NCBI GenBank assembly: GCA_963775535.1
Contig: CAVZJH010000066.1
Coordinates: forward strand, 1-15,363
Length of the DNA stretch: 15,363 nucleotides
Source of the DNA: an uncultured bacterium
GTDB lineage: Bacteria > Armatimonadota > UBA5829
Reading direction: 5' to 3'
Part shown: one piece after another, positions 1 through 7,479 of the stretch
How positions within the stretch are numbered: the first letter of the stretch is position 1
Layout of the letters: every line of letters starts with the position of its first letter
The notes under the pieces: model-generated
What the model saw: the letters and a program-made list of their open reading frames with translations, nothing else
What the model was told of the DNA's origin: nothing
The model's database searches: none
Program-made: the position numbers and the translations under genes

Positions 1-96
1 GATCCACCTGCAGTGGCGGCTTCGGCTGCGTGCAACCGAAGCAACCTGGCTCTGATAAACGTCGGCCGTCAATGACCGTTTTCAGGAGGCTTTGTG

Positions 97-880
97 ATGA
101 GTTTTCATGACATTCTTCAATGGTGGAACCTGATCTACGTTGCTCCGCTGTTCGTCTCCGTCGTCTGGATCGTGGCGACCCTGTTTTCCGGGGTGCACGC
201 CGGGGGCGGCGGCCACTCCGTGTCCCATGGCGTCGACCACGCGGCGCACGGCATCGGACACGCCACGCACGATGTCGGCCACGCAGTGGGCCACGTCGTT
301 CACCACGGCGATGCCGGGGCCGATCACGATGCCGCCCACGCTCACGAAGCCGCGCCGCACGGCGCCCACGCTCACGGCGCGCACGCCGCCCACACCGATG
401 CCCATCAGGAAAGCTTTGGATCGCGCGTGCTTTCGGTGACTGGGAATCGGCCAGGTTCCGATCACGCTGATCTTCGGCATATTCATGCCGTTCTGGGGCG
501 CACTCGGAATGACCACAAACCAGTTCCTGGCCGGCATTTTGAAGTTTCCCCTCATCTACATCTGGCCATCGCTGGGAATCACGTTCGTCGTGAGCTGCGC
601 GGTTACCCGGTCACTGATCGCCGTGATTGCGCGATGCATGCCGAACACCGAGACTTACGGAGTTTCGCGAATGGAGCTTATCGGCTCGCTGGGACGCGCC
701 CTCTATCCCACTACCGAAAGCGCCGGCACAGTAGACATCAAGGACACGTACGGAACGCTCCACCGAGTGCAGGCGAAGACGGAGTCGGGGCAGGAATCGA
801 TACCGTCGGGCTCCGAGGTCATAGTTATCGATTTTGACGAGGAGGACAAACGCTTCGTAGTCAGAATAAGTAGTCTCTAA
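97..880 (+). CDS. NfeD/YqiJ-like inner-membrane protein with a histidine-rich low-complexity insert; the reading frame shifts +1 near 436-445
   Basis: AGGAGG at 84-89 sits 7 nt before ATG 97. Frame 1 (94-~438) encodes a TM helix (LIYVAPLFVSVVWIVATLF) followed by about 70 aa of His/Ala/Gly/Asp repeats (HSVSHGVDHAAHGIGHATHDVGHAVGHVVHH...). Frame 2 (440-880) encodes two further TM helices (LGIGQVPITLIFGIFMPFWGALG..., LIYIWPSLGITFVVSCAV) and a C-terminal beta-rich OB-like tail (SEVIVIDFDEEDKRFVVRI) typical of NfeD. Its position directly upstream of a flotillin gene matches the yqiJ-yqiK pairing. The frame-1 text after ~440 and the frame-2 text before 440 both look non-protein, so this is one gene with a single frameshift. 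Confidence 0.6.
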
Positions 881-910
881 CCACAAACAACAGGAAAGGG
901 GTTCTATCTC

Positions 911-2935
911 ATGGGAATTATTGTGTTAATGGGCCTGATCGGCCTTACGATGATCATCGGGCCATTCTTCTATCCGGTCACGACGATCAGCCGCGGCATA
1001 CTCCTCGGTTTTGGAGCGCTGCTGACGGTCGTTTCCATTGTTCTGACGCTGATCACCCAGTGGTACCAGCGAGCATCGGCTGAAGAAGCTATAGTCAGGA
1101 CGGGTATGGGCGGCAGCAAGGTGATCATCGACGGCGGCATAATGACGGTTCCGGTCGTCCACCGCATCACCCGCGTCTCACTCAAGGTTATTAAGCTCAC
1201 GTGCGTCCGTGAAGGGCCGGACGCTCTTATTACCAGGGATTACCTGCGCGCGGACGTTCACTCCGAGTTTTATATGAGAGTGGGCGCTACGCCGGAGCAG
1301 GTTCTGAACGCCGCTCGGTCCTTTGGCGAGGAATCAGGCACTGAGGAGAGGATCGATGCCAAGGTCGGCGAGAAGTTGATCTCGGCGCTGCGCTCAGTCG
1401 CAGCGAAACACGAACTGGCTGAGCTCCACTCCGACCGCGAGAGCTTTGCTATCGCCGTCCAGGAACTCGTCGCGAAGGAGATCGAGCCCAACGGTTTGAC
1501 GCTGGAGACGGTCACTATTTCCAGACTCGACCAGACCGACCCCGCGCACCTGAACGACAACAACGTCTTCGACGCGCAGGGAAAACGGAAGATCACCGAG
1601 ATCACCACCGCCGCACTCGTCGCACGCAACGAACTGGAGCGCACGGCCGAGCAGGCCACCACGCAGAAGAACGTATCGACCCGAAAGAGCGTTCTTACCC
1701 TGCAGCAAGACCAGGCTACGGCCGAAGCCGAACAGCAGATGCAGATCAACAAGGTCCAGGCCGAAAAGCAGCGCGAGGCCGACGTCTATCGCATCGAGCA
1801 GGAGCGGCAGACCCAGCAGGCGCAGATCGTGGCGGATCAGTCGGTGAGGCAGGCGGATATCGCCAAGGAGCAGACGATCCAGACCACCGAGGTCGACAAG
1901 GTCAAGATGGTCGAGGTTGCCACCCGGGACCAGCAGATCGCTATCACCCAGAAGGAAGCCGAGAGGGCAGATGCCGAACGCGCAAGATACGACGCCGAGG
2001 CCGCGCGCGAACAGGCCAACCAGCAGGTTAAGACCGTTGAGGTTGTGGCGGGGGCCGAGCGCGAAGCCAGGCAAAAGCTGATCGGCGCGGAGAACGAGGC
2101 GCAGCAGGCCCTGGTCCGAAAGCAGAAGGACGCAGACGCCATCGCCTACCAGAAGCAGAAGGAAGCGGAAGGCGAGTTCAACGCCGCGCAGAGCCGTGCA
2201 AAAGCCACCCTCACAATGGCGGACGCCGATTCGCAGGCTAAGATGCGACTGGCTGAAGGTGAAAGAGCCGTCCAGTTCGTTCCTGTCCAGGTAGAAGCCG
2301 AGCGGGTGGAAGTGAACCGCAAGCAGATGGAGGTAGACCGGGCTTCCGCCGAATACAGGCAGCAGTTCGAAAAATCCGCCATCGAGTTCGAGGTTGCCAA
2401 GCTCGAGGTCAATGCGAGAAAAGAGATCCAGATCGCAATGGCGAACGCGATCGGCAACTTCGTCCAGCAGGGCAGCTACACGGTGTACGGGACCCCGGAC
2501 ACAATGGCCGATATGCTCGAGAAACTGTCCAAGGGCCTTGGGGTTGGAGCGTTCATCGACGGTATGGGCAAGAGCATCCTCGGTGGCAACGGCGACCGCT
2601 CACCTGCCGAGACCGTCGGCGACCTCGCCGGCCTGGTCGGAGAGGCCATAAAGAAAGCAACCGGCAAGGACGTGAGCGTTGCTCCGGAGCTCGCCCAGAA
2701 GATCGCTTCCCTGGTCCTGGGCAATGAGCCCGACCAGAAGGCGTCTCGAGTCCGCTCCAAAAGTCGCCGAGGGGCTCCGCCCGGACGGCAGTATCAGAAA
2801 GACCGAGCGGAAACCGCAGGCTTAATTCTGCGTCTATTAGATGGGGGGGTGAGGGTCTTAGGACCCTCACCCCAGTGCTTTCTTGAGCGAGGTGACGCGC
2901 TGGTTCGCTATGCCGCGCGAATTGAGACTTGTTGA
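911..2935 (+). CDS. Flotillin-like SPFH/band-7 domain protein (YqiK-like) with a long Q/E/A-rich coiled-coil region; the true 3' end may be about 2824
   Basis: An RBS (aggaaagggg) lies about 10 nt upstream of ATG 911. The N-terminal TM helix is followed by the SPFH signature (GGSKVIIDGGIMTVPVVHRITRVSLKVIKLTCVREGPDALITRDYLRADVHSEFYMRV). About 350 aa of heptad-like AEQ/ERQ repeats follow. The last about 60 aa in this frame are Arg-rich junk. An alternative frame gives ...ESAPKVAEGLRPDGSIRKTERKPQA and stops at about 2824, just before the hairpin at 2846-2873, which suggests a frameshift in the tail near 2735-2750. Confidence 0.8.
   Translation: MGIIVLMGLIGLTMIIGPFFYPVTTISRGILLGFGALLTVVSIVLTLITQWYQRASAEEAIVRTGMGGSKVIIDGGIMTVPVVHRITRVSLKVIKLTCVREGPDALITRDYLRADVHSEFYMRVGATPEQVLNAARSFGEESGTEERIDAKVGEKLISALRSVAAKHELAELHSDRESFAIAVQELVAKEIEPNGLTLETVTISRLDQTDPAHLNDNNVFDAQGKRKITEITTAALVARNELERTAEQATTQKNVSTRKSVLTLQQDQATAEAEQQMQINKVQAEKQREADVYRIEQERQTQQAQIVADQSVRQADIAKEQTIQTTEVDKVKMVEVATRDQQIAITQKEAERADAERARYDAEAAREQANQQVKTVEVVAGAEREARQKLIGAENEAQQALVRKQKDADAIAYQKQKEAEGEFNAAQSRAKATLTMADADSQAKMRLAEGERAVQFVPVQVEAERVEVNRKQMEVDRASAEYRQQFEKSAIEFEVAKLEVNARKEIQIAMANAIGNFVQQGSYTVYGTPDTMADMLEKLSKGLGVGAFIDGMGKSILGGNGDRSPAETVGDLAGLVGEAIKKATGKDVSVAPELAQKIASLVLGNEPDQKASRVRSKSRRGAPPGRQYQKDRAETAGLILRLLDGGVRVLGPSPQCFLERGDALVRYAARIETC
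2846..2873. terminator. Perfect 12-bp GC-rich stem-loop (GGGGTGAGGGTC-TTAG-GACCCTCACCCC) between the convergent flotillin and pdhB genes; a likely bidirectional terminator or REP-like palindrome
   Basis: I read the palindrome directly from the sequence. It is followed on the plus strand by AGTGCTTTCTTG, which is T-rich, and it lies between two convergent gene ends. Confidence 0.4.
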
Positions 2936-3008
2936 AACTGTGTCCGGGCAGATCAGCAATTCGCGGATTGTGTTCGGGCAGATTTGCAATCTGGCCCGCA
3001 AAAAGCGC

Positions 3009-4016
3009 CTATATCGACGCTGCTATGGCCCCCGCCTGCGCGCCCGTGAGCGCCTTCTTCACCGCTGTCAGGATCTTTGCCTCGTCCGGCAGCGCGGAGA
3101 GCTCCAGTTCCCGGGAATACGGCATCGGGTTGTCCGCGAGGGTGACTCTGTCGATCGGCGCGTCGAGGTAGTCGAATGCGTGGTGCTGGATTTGATCCAC
3201 GATCTGCGCCCCGACCCCGCACATGGGCCAATCCTCTTCTACTATGACAACGTGGTTGGTCTTCTTTACGGACCTGACCATCGTTGCCACGTCCATCGGG
3301 CGCAGGGTCCGCAGGTCCACTACCTCCGCATTGATCCCCTCGTAAGCCAGCTTGTCGGCGGCCTTCATGGCCACGCTGACCATTCTGAGATAGGCGATAA
3401 TCGTGACGTCTGTTCCCTGCCGCTTGATATCCGCCTTTCCCAGCGGGATCGTGTATTCCTCGTCGGGAACTTCGCCCTTCATCGAATAGAGCAGTTCGTG
3501 CTCGAGGAATATGACGGGGTTATTATCCCGGATGGCGCTCTTTAAGAGGCCCTTGGCATCATAGGGCGTGGCCGCGGCAGCCACTTTCAGGCCCGGAACG
3601 TGCACAAACCAAGACTCCAGGTTCTGCGAGTGCTGTGCTCCGAGCTGCATTCCGGCTCCCTCCAGAGCCCGAATCACCATGGGAACACTGAGCTGACCAC
3701 CGCTCATGTATCTGAGCTTTGCGGCGTGGTTTACGATCTGGTCCATCGCCAGCACCGCGAAGTTGATGGTCATCATCTCCACCACAGGCCTGAGCCCCAG
3801 CATCGCCGCACCCGTCCCGATCCCCGCGAGGACCAGCTCGGAAATAGGGCTGTCCCGCACGCGCGTCTCGCCGAACTCCTCGAGCAGCCGCTCGGTCACC
3901 CGGTAAGCTCCCTGGTACTGCGCCACTTCTTCGCCTATGAGAAAGACGTTCTCATCACGCCGCATCTCCTCGCGAAGGGCATGGTTAAGAGCCTGTCTGT
4001 AGTATATCGACGGCAT
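3009..4016 (-). CDS. pdhB: 2-oxoacid (pyruvate/acetoin) dehydrogenase E1 component beta subunit
   Basis: The 335-aa product has the transketolase-like pyrimidine-binding and C-terminal domains of E1-beta (LIGEEVAQYQGAYRVTERLLEEFGETRVRDSPISE..., PMCGVGAQIV). An AAGGAG RBS lies 8 nt upstream of the ATG on the minus strand. It sits immediately downstream of the E1-alpha gene. Confidence 0.85.
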   Translation of the reverse strand: MPSIYYRQALNHALREEMRRDENVFLIGEEVAQYQGAYRVTERLLEEFGETRVRDSPISELVLAGIGTGAAMLGLRPVVEMMTINFAVLAMDQIVNHAAKLRYMSGGQLSVPMVIRALEGAGMQLGAQHSQNLESWFVHVPGLKVAAAATPYDAKGLLKSAIRDNNPVIFLEHELLYSMKGEVPDEEYTIPLGKADIKRQGTDVTIIAYLRMVSVAMKAADKLAYEGINAEVVDLRTLRPMDVATMVRSVKKTNHVVIVEEDWPMCGVGAQIVDQIQHHAFDYLDAPIDRVTLADNPMPYSRELELSALPDEAKILTAVKKALTGAQAGAIAASI

Positions 4017-4033
4017 CGCGGCACACTCCTTTC

Positions 4034-4198
4034 GAGTGGGGGGCTTTGCCCCCTAACCCCCACCAGAGACCGCCGTCTCTGGACTCTGCTGGGGCCAAGG
4101 GCCCCAGACCCCTGGCTCGCTTCGCGTCTATGCTCACCCTAACGGTGAGCATAGACGCGAAGCGCAATATGGGGGTCCAGGAGGCAAAGCCCCCACTT
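4034..4198. repeat. 165-bp nested palindromic element in the pdhA-pdhB intercistronic space
   Basis: An outer imperfect stem pairs GTGGGGGGCTTTGCC (4034-4050) with GGCAAAGCCCCCAC (4183-4196). Three internal hairpins lie inside it. The first is CCAGAGAC-cgcc-GTCTCTGG (4063-4082). The second is CTGGGGCC-aag-GGCCCCAG (4089-4107). The third is a perfect 20-bp stem, GCTTCGCGTCTATGCTCACC-ctaac-GGTGAGCATAGACGCGAAGC (4119-4163). Confidence 0.7.
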
Positions 4199-5154
4199 CA
4201 CGCGTATACGTCCTGCCACAGCGCTTCGGGCGGTGGCAGGGGTGATTTCTCAGCAAACTCAACAGCTTCTTCTATCTCGCTGTCCACATCCGCCTGTATC
4301 TTTTCGATGTCCTCCGGCGTCAGTATTCCCTCATCGAGGAGGACGGCGCCGAAGGTGACTATCGGATCGCGCGTGCGCCACTCCTCGATCTCGTTCCTCG
4401 ACCGATATGTGCCGGGGTCGGACATCGAGTGGCCGCGAAACCGATAGGTTACAGCCTCCACGAACATCGGGCGCTTTTCTTCCCGCACGTGCTTCATGGC
4501 TTTCTGGGCGACCTCGCAGACGGCCAGCACGTCCATTCCGTCCACGCTCTCCACTTCCATGGCGTAACACTGAGCGCGGCGGTGCAGGTTCGGCACAGCG
4601 GATGCGCGCTCCACCGCCGTGCCCATGCCGTATAGATTGTTCTCGCAGACGAACAGAATTGGCAGGTTCCACAGCGAGGCAACGTTGAGGGTTTCGTGGA
4701 ATGCGCCTTCGTTGACGGCGCCATCTCCAAAGAAGCTCAGGCATATCTGGTCTCCACCGCGATAGTTGATGGCGTAGCCGATCCCTGCCGCAAGGGGTAA
4801 TCCCCCGCCGACTATTGCAGTGCCGCCGAGGAATCGCCTGTCCACGTCGAAAAGGTGCATGGAACCGCCCTTGCCGCCCGAGACCCCCGTCGCCTTGCCG
4901 AACAACTCCGCCATGACGCGGCTGGGGCTCGCGCACCTGGCGAGCGCGTGGCCGTGGTCGCGGTAGGCGCCAATCACGTAGTCGTCCGGCCTGAGCGGCC
5001 ACGTGAATCCGCTGGCAACCGCCTCCTGGCCGATGTAGAGGTGCAGGAACCCGCGAACCTTCCCCTGTTCATACATTTCCCCCGCGGCTTCCTCGAACTT
5101 TCTGATCATCGCCATCTCGCGGTAGACGCCTATCTTGTCCTGCTTACTGAGCAT
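4198..5154 (-). CDS. pdhA: 2-oxoacid (pyruvate/acetoin) dehydrogenase E1 component alpha subunit (TPP-dependent)
   Basis: The 318-aa product has the TPP-binding motif region (GDGAVNEGAFHETLNVASLWNLPILFVCENNLYGMGT) and the typical E1-alpha N-terminus (LYIGQEAVASG). It is followed by the beta subunit. Confidence 0.85.
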   Translation of the reverse strand: MLSKQDKIGVYREMAMIRKFEEAAGEMYEQGKVRGFLHLYIGQEAVASGFTWPLRPDDYVIGAYRDHGHALARCASPSRVMAELFGKATGVSGGKGGSMHLFDVDRRFLGGTAIVGGGLPLAAGIGYAINYRGGDQICLSFFGDGAVNEGAFHETLNVASLWNLPILFVCENNLYGMGTAVERASAVPNLHRRAQCYAMEVESVDGMDVLAVCEVAQKAMKHVREEKRPMFVEAVTYRFRGHSMSDPGTYRSRNEIEEWRTRDPIVTFGAVLLDEGILTPEDIEKIQADVDSEIEEAVEFAEKSPLPPPEALWQDVYA

Positions 5155-5180
5155 TGCACACCCCAGGACCTAAAAAACTA

Positions 5181-6022
5181 TCTGGTTAGTCGCGTGGTAT
5201 GAGCTTCTGACCAGCGGTCCTGATTCAACATACCCAAATCCCATATCAAGCGCAATGCGTCTGAGTTCGGAGAATTTCGTCGGGGGTGTAGTATCTGGAG
5301 ATGGGGACGTGGTTTTTGGAGGGGGCAAGGTACTGGCCGATGGTGAGGATGTCGCAGTGGGCTTCGCGCAGATCGCGAATGGCTTCCAGCAGTTCGTCCC
5401 AAGTCTCGCCGACGCCGACCATCACGCCCGACTTGGTGCGGATCGAGGAATCTATGCCTTTTGCCTTCTTGAGCAGCGCGATGGACCTGGTGTAGAGAGC
5501 CTGGGGGCGAACGAAGGGGGTAGCAGCGTTCGACGGTTTCGATGTTGTGGTTAAGGATCTCGGGCTTCGCTTCTACAACAAGCCCCAGAATCGCTCGTCA
5601 CCCTGGAAATCTGGAATAAGCACCTCGACTGAACACTCCTCGACACCCTGGTGTATCAACCCTATGGTCTGGGCAAAAACGTGCGCACCCCCGTCGATTT
5701 GATCGTCCCGGGTAACGCTGGTAACCACCGCATGACGGAGCTGCAAATAAGCTGCGGCCTGGGCCACGCGACGAGGTTCGTCCTCGTCCACAGGCCCCGG
5801 CGCGCCGTGGTTCACCGCGCAGAAGCGGCAGTTGCGCGTGCAGGTGTTTCCGAGAATCATAAAGGCAGCAGTGCGAGAGTGCCAGCACTCGCCGATGTTA
5901 GGGCAGTTTGCGCTCTGGCAGACGGTGTGCAGGTGCGCGGACTCAACGAGCCTTTTCACGCCTTCGTAATTCTCTCCCGCGGGAGCTTTGGCTTTTATCC
6001 AGTCAGGGCGCTGCAATCTCAC
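5181..6022 (-). CDS. lipA: Lipoyl synthase LipA (radical SAM); the coding sequence is interrupted by three single-nucleotide frameshifts
   Basis: The N-terminal segment (GTG 6022 down to 5573) carries both LipA cysteine motifs, CxxxCPNxxEC and CTRxCxFC ([16 protein letters not shown]..., [14 protein letters not shown]). The remainder of LipA can be read on the minus strand in two other frames: ...[24 protein letters not shown], then [80 protein letters not shown], then [34 protein letters not shown] and a stop at 5181. The frame shifts fall near 5575, in the G5/C5 run near 5516-5520, and at the A3 run near 5270. Confidence 0.8.
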
Positions 6023-6163
6023 TCACCAATCCTTACGCGGATATTTTACCACATCGAAAGGGTGGAAGCGCCGATCATCCGGCGTAAGGAGACGCCGGAC
6101 CATCGGGCTTTTCGTGTTTCCTTCCTTTCGTGATTAAACTCCCTTCCCCTTCGGCAATCGACC

Positions 6164-6192
6164 TTGCTAATGCGCAGCAGCCTTGGTAAAAT
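6164..6192 (+). promoter_or_regulatory. Sigma-70-like promoter candidate (TTGCTA -17- TAAAAT) upstream of the deaminase operon
   Basis: Read directly from the sequence: -35 TTGCTA at 6164-6169, a 17-nt spacer, and -10 TAAAAT at 6187-6192. It lies about 29 nt upstream of GTG 6221, in the divergent lipA/deaminase intergenic region. Confidence 0.35.
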
Positions 6193-6220
6193 ACTTCTAG
6201 TACTCTTGTGAGGCTGCCGC

Positions 6221-6670
6221 GTGTCTGACCGACCTTCGTTTGATAGAGTGTATATGGATGTCGTGGATATCATCGCCAGGCGGTCGACGTGCCTGCGAAA
6301 ACACGTTGGGGCAGTGATCACCATCGACCACCGCATACTTTCGCACGGCTACAACGGCGTCCCCAGCGGCCAGGAGCACTGCTGCGATACGAAGCAATGC
6401 CTCAAGGACAGGGCGGGCACCGAAGAATACAAAGTTTGCGTGCATGCCGAGCAAAATGCCATCTGCCAGTGTGCCAAGCGCGGCCTCGCTCTGGAGGGCG
6501 CGACGGTGTATGTGAACGCCGACATCTGCATCACCTGCGCTAAGCTGATGATCTCCTCGGGGATTGCCCGGTGCGTGGTCAAGCGCGACCACAAGGGGAC
6601 CTCGGACGGAGCCGGACTTCTAATAAAATGCGGCGTGGAAGTGGTGGAGTGGCCGGATGGCGCATTCTGA
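6221..6670 (+). CDS. dCMP deaminase family (ComEB/Dcd-type) zinc-dependent deaminase
   Basis: The 149-aa product has the diagnostic motifs ARRSTCLRKHVGAVI, GYNGVPSG..HC, HAEQNAI (the zinc-binding H-x-E) and ICITCAKLMI (PCxxC). The start is GTG. Confidence 0.75.
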   Translation: MSDRPSFDRVYMDVVDIIARRSTCLRKHVGAVITIDHRILSHGYNGVPSGQEHCCDTKQCLKDRAGTEEYKVCVHAEQNAICQCAKRGLALEGATVYVNADICITCAKLMISSGIARCVVKRDHKGTSDGAGLLIKCGVEVVEWPDGAF

Positions 6671-7343
6671 CCCGACCCTGAAAGCGGTAGTATTCGATAT
6701 AGGGGCTACGCTGGTTACGGGACCGCCCGTTGCTCCCAACAAGGTCATTGCCGCGCTCATAGACGGTGCCAGCGCCGCTGAGGTTTCATCGGTGATCATG
6801 ACAACCGAACTGCTCTCCGCCGAGCACGCTTGCGCCGTGCTGCAGGCGAGGTTCGGTTCTCTGAGCGAGACGGCGGTTTCCGGAATCACCCGGCTTTGGA
6901 GATCTCAGATAACGGCGGCGGTGGGGATCGAAGGCGCGTGCGAGACCGCGATGTCGATCAAGCGGCGAGGGCTGAAGCTGGGGCTGTTATCGGACATCTG
7001 GAACCCGTATTACGCAAGTGTTCAGAGGGCGCTGCCGGAGGTCGTGAGGGCCGCGGACGCTGTTGTGCTGAGCTGCAGGACCGGGGCGCGCAAACCGGAG
7101 CGCGACAACTTCCAGGCAGTATTGGACGAGCTGGGATTGGCGCCGGGCGAGGTGGTAATGGTGGGGGATACCTATGCCCACGATATTCTTCCCGCTATCG
7201 AGATGGGAATGCCGACGGTGTGGGTGATGGCGAGGCCGGAGCGCGAGGCGGATTCGATTGTGCGCATCCTGAACGGGGAGAATCCGGCGCCGACGGTGAC
7301 GGTTTCCCACATAAGCCAGGTCGCGTGTCTGAAGATTTTCTAA
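6657..7343 (+). CDS. HAD-superfamily hydrolase; motif I is D-I-G-A-T rather than DxDxT
   Basis: Motif I is VVFDIGATLV. Motif II is LLSDIWNP. The motif III lysine is in ARKPERDNF. Motif IV is MVGDTYAHDI. The gene overlaps the deaminase by 14 nt, indicating translational coupling. Confidence 0.7.
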   Translation: MAHSDPTLKAVVFDIGATLVTGPPVAPNKVIAALIDGASAAEVSSVIMTTELLSAEHACAVLQARFGSLSETAVSGITRLWRSQITAAVGIEGACETAMSIKRRGLKLGLLSDIWNPYYASVQRALPEVVRAADAVVLSCRTGARKPERDNFQAVLDELGLAPGEVVMVGDTYAHDILPAIEMGMPTVWVMARPEREADSIVRILNGENPAPTVTVSHISQVACLKIF

Positions 7344-7360
7344 TCAAGAAAGAATAAACT

Positions 7361-7445
7361 TGGGAGGGTTTCTACCCTCACCCCTGCTGTGGACCCACTG
7401 GACCACAGCACCCCCTCTCCCTGTGAGGGTGAGGATGGAAACGCA
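7361..7445. repeat. Structured GC-rich nested inverted-repeat element in the HAD to ParB-like intergenic space; it shares the CCCTCACCCC core with the hairpin at 2846-2873
   Basis: Outer arms GTTTCTACCCTCACCC (7368-7383) and GGGTGAGGATGGAAAC (7427-7442) are imperfect reverse complements. Inner hairpins are GAGGG/CCCTC (7364-7379), GCTGTGG...CCACAGC (about 7385-7409) and CCCTC...GAGGG (7413-7429). Confidence 0.5.
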
Positions 7446-7479
7446 GCGATCCCAGAAAACCATAGAGAGGTGTTGAGGA

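Noticed and set aside
120-470. Arg/Pro-rich ORFs in alternative frames over the His-rich region (120-470, 140-439) and the antisense ORF 82-555
   Set aside because: They are compositional artefacts of a GC-rich, repetitive coding region. They have no protein-like features, and the NfeD-like reading explains the locus.
1394-2457. Several 100-226-aa antisense ORFs inside the flotillin gene (1394-2074, 1837-2142, 2146-2457, 1270-1752)
   Set aside because: They show the low-complexity Leu/Gly/Asp or Ser/Ala-rich translations typical of the reverse strand of a Q/E/A-rich coiled-coil gene. They have no RBS or start context.
2883-3545. 220-aa plus-strand ORF antisense to pdhB, and ORFs 2929-3171 and 2953-3231
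   Set aside because: They overlap a well-supported E1-beta gene on the opposite strand. The translation is Arg/His/Val-rich and not protein-like.
4331-5002. 223-aa minus-strand ORF in an alternate frame of pdhA, and plus-strand ORFs 4407-4688, 4855-5202 and 3600-4142
   Set aside because: They are Arg-rich alternative-frame artefacts of GC-rich coding sequence.
6221-7343. Interpreting the deaminase plus HAD pair as riboflavin-pathway enzymes (a RibD-type deaminase and an ARPP phosphatase)
   Set aside because: The deaminase has the dCMP-deaminase/ComEB-specific motifs (RSTC; GYNG.P.G..HC), not the RibD pattern. The adjacent TS-fold gene fits pyrimidine nucleotide chemistry better.
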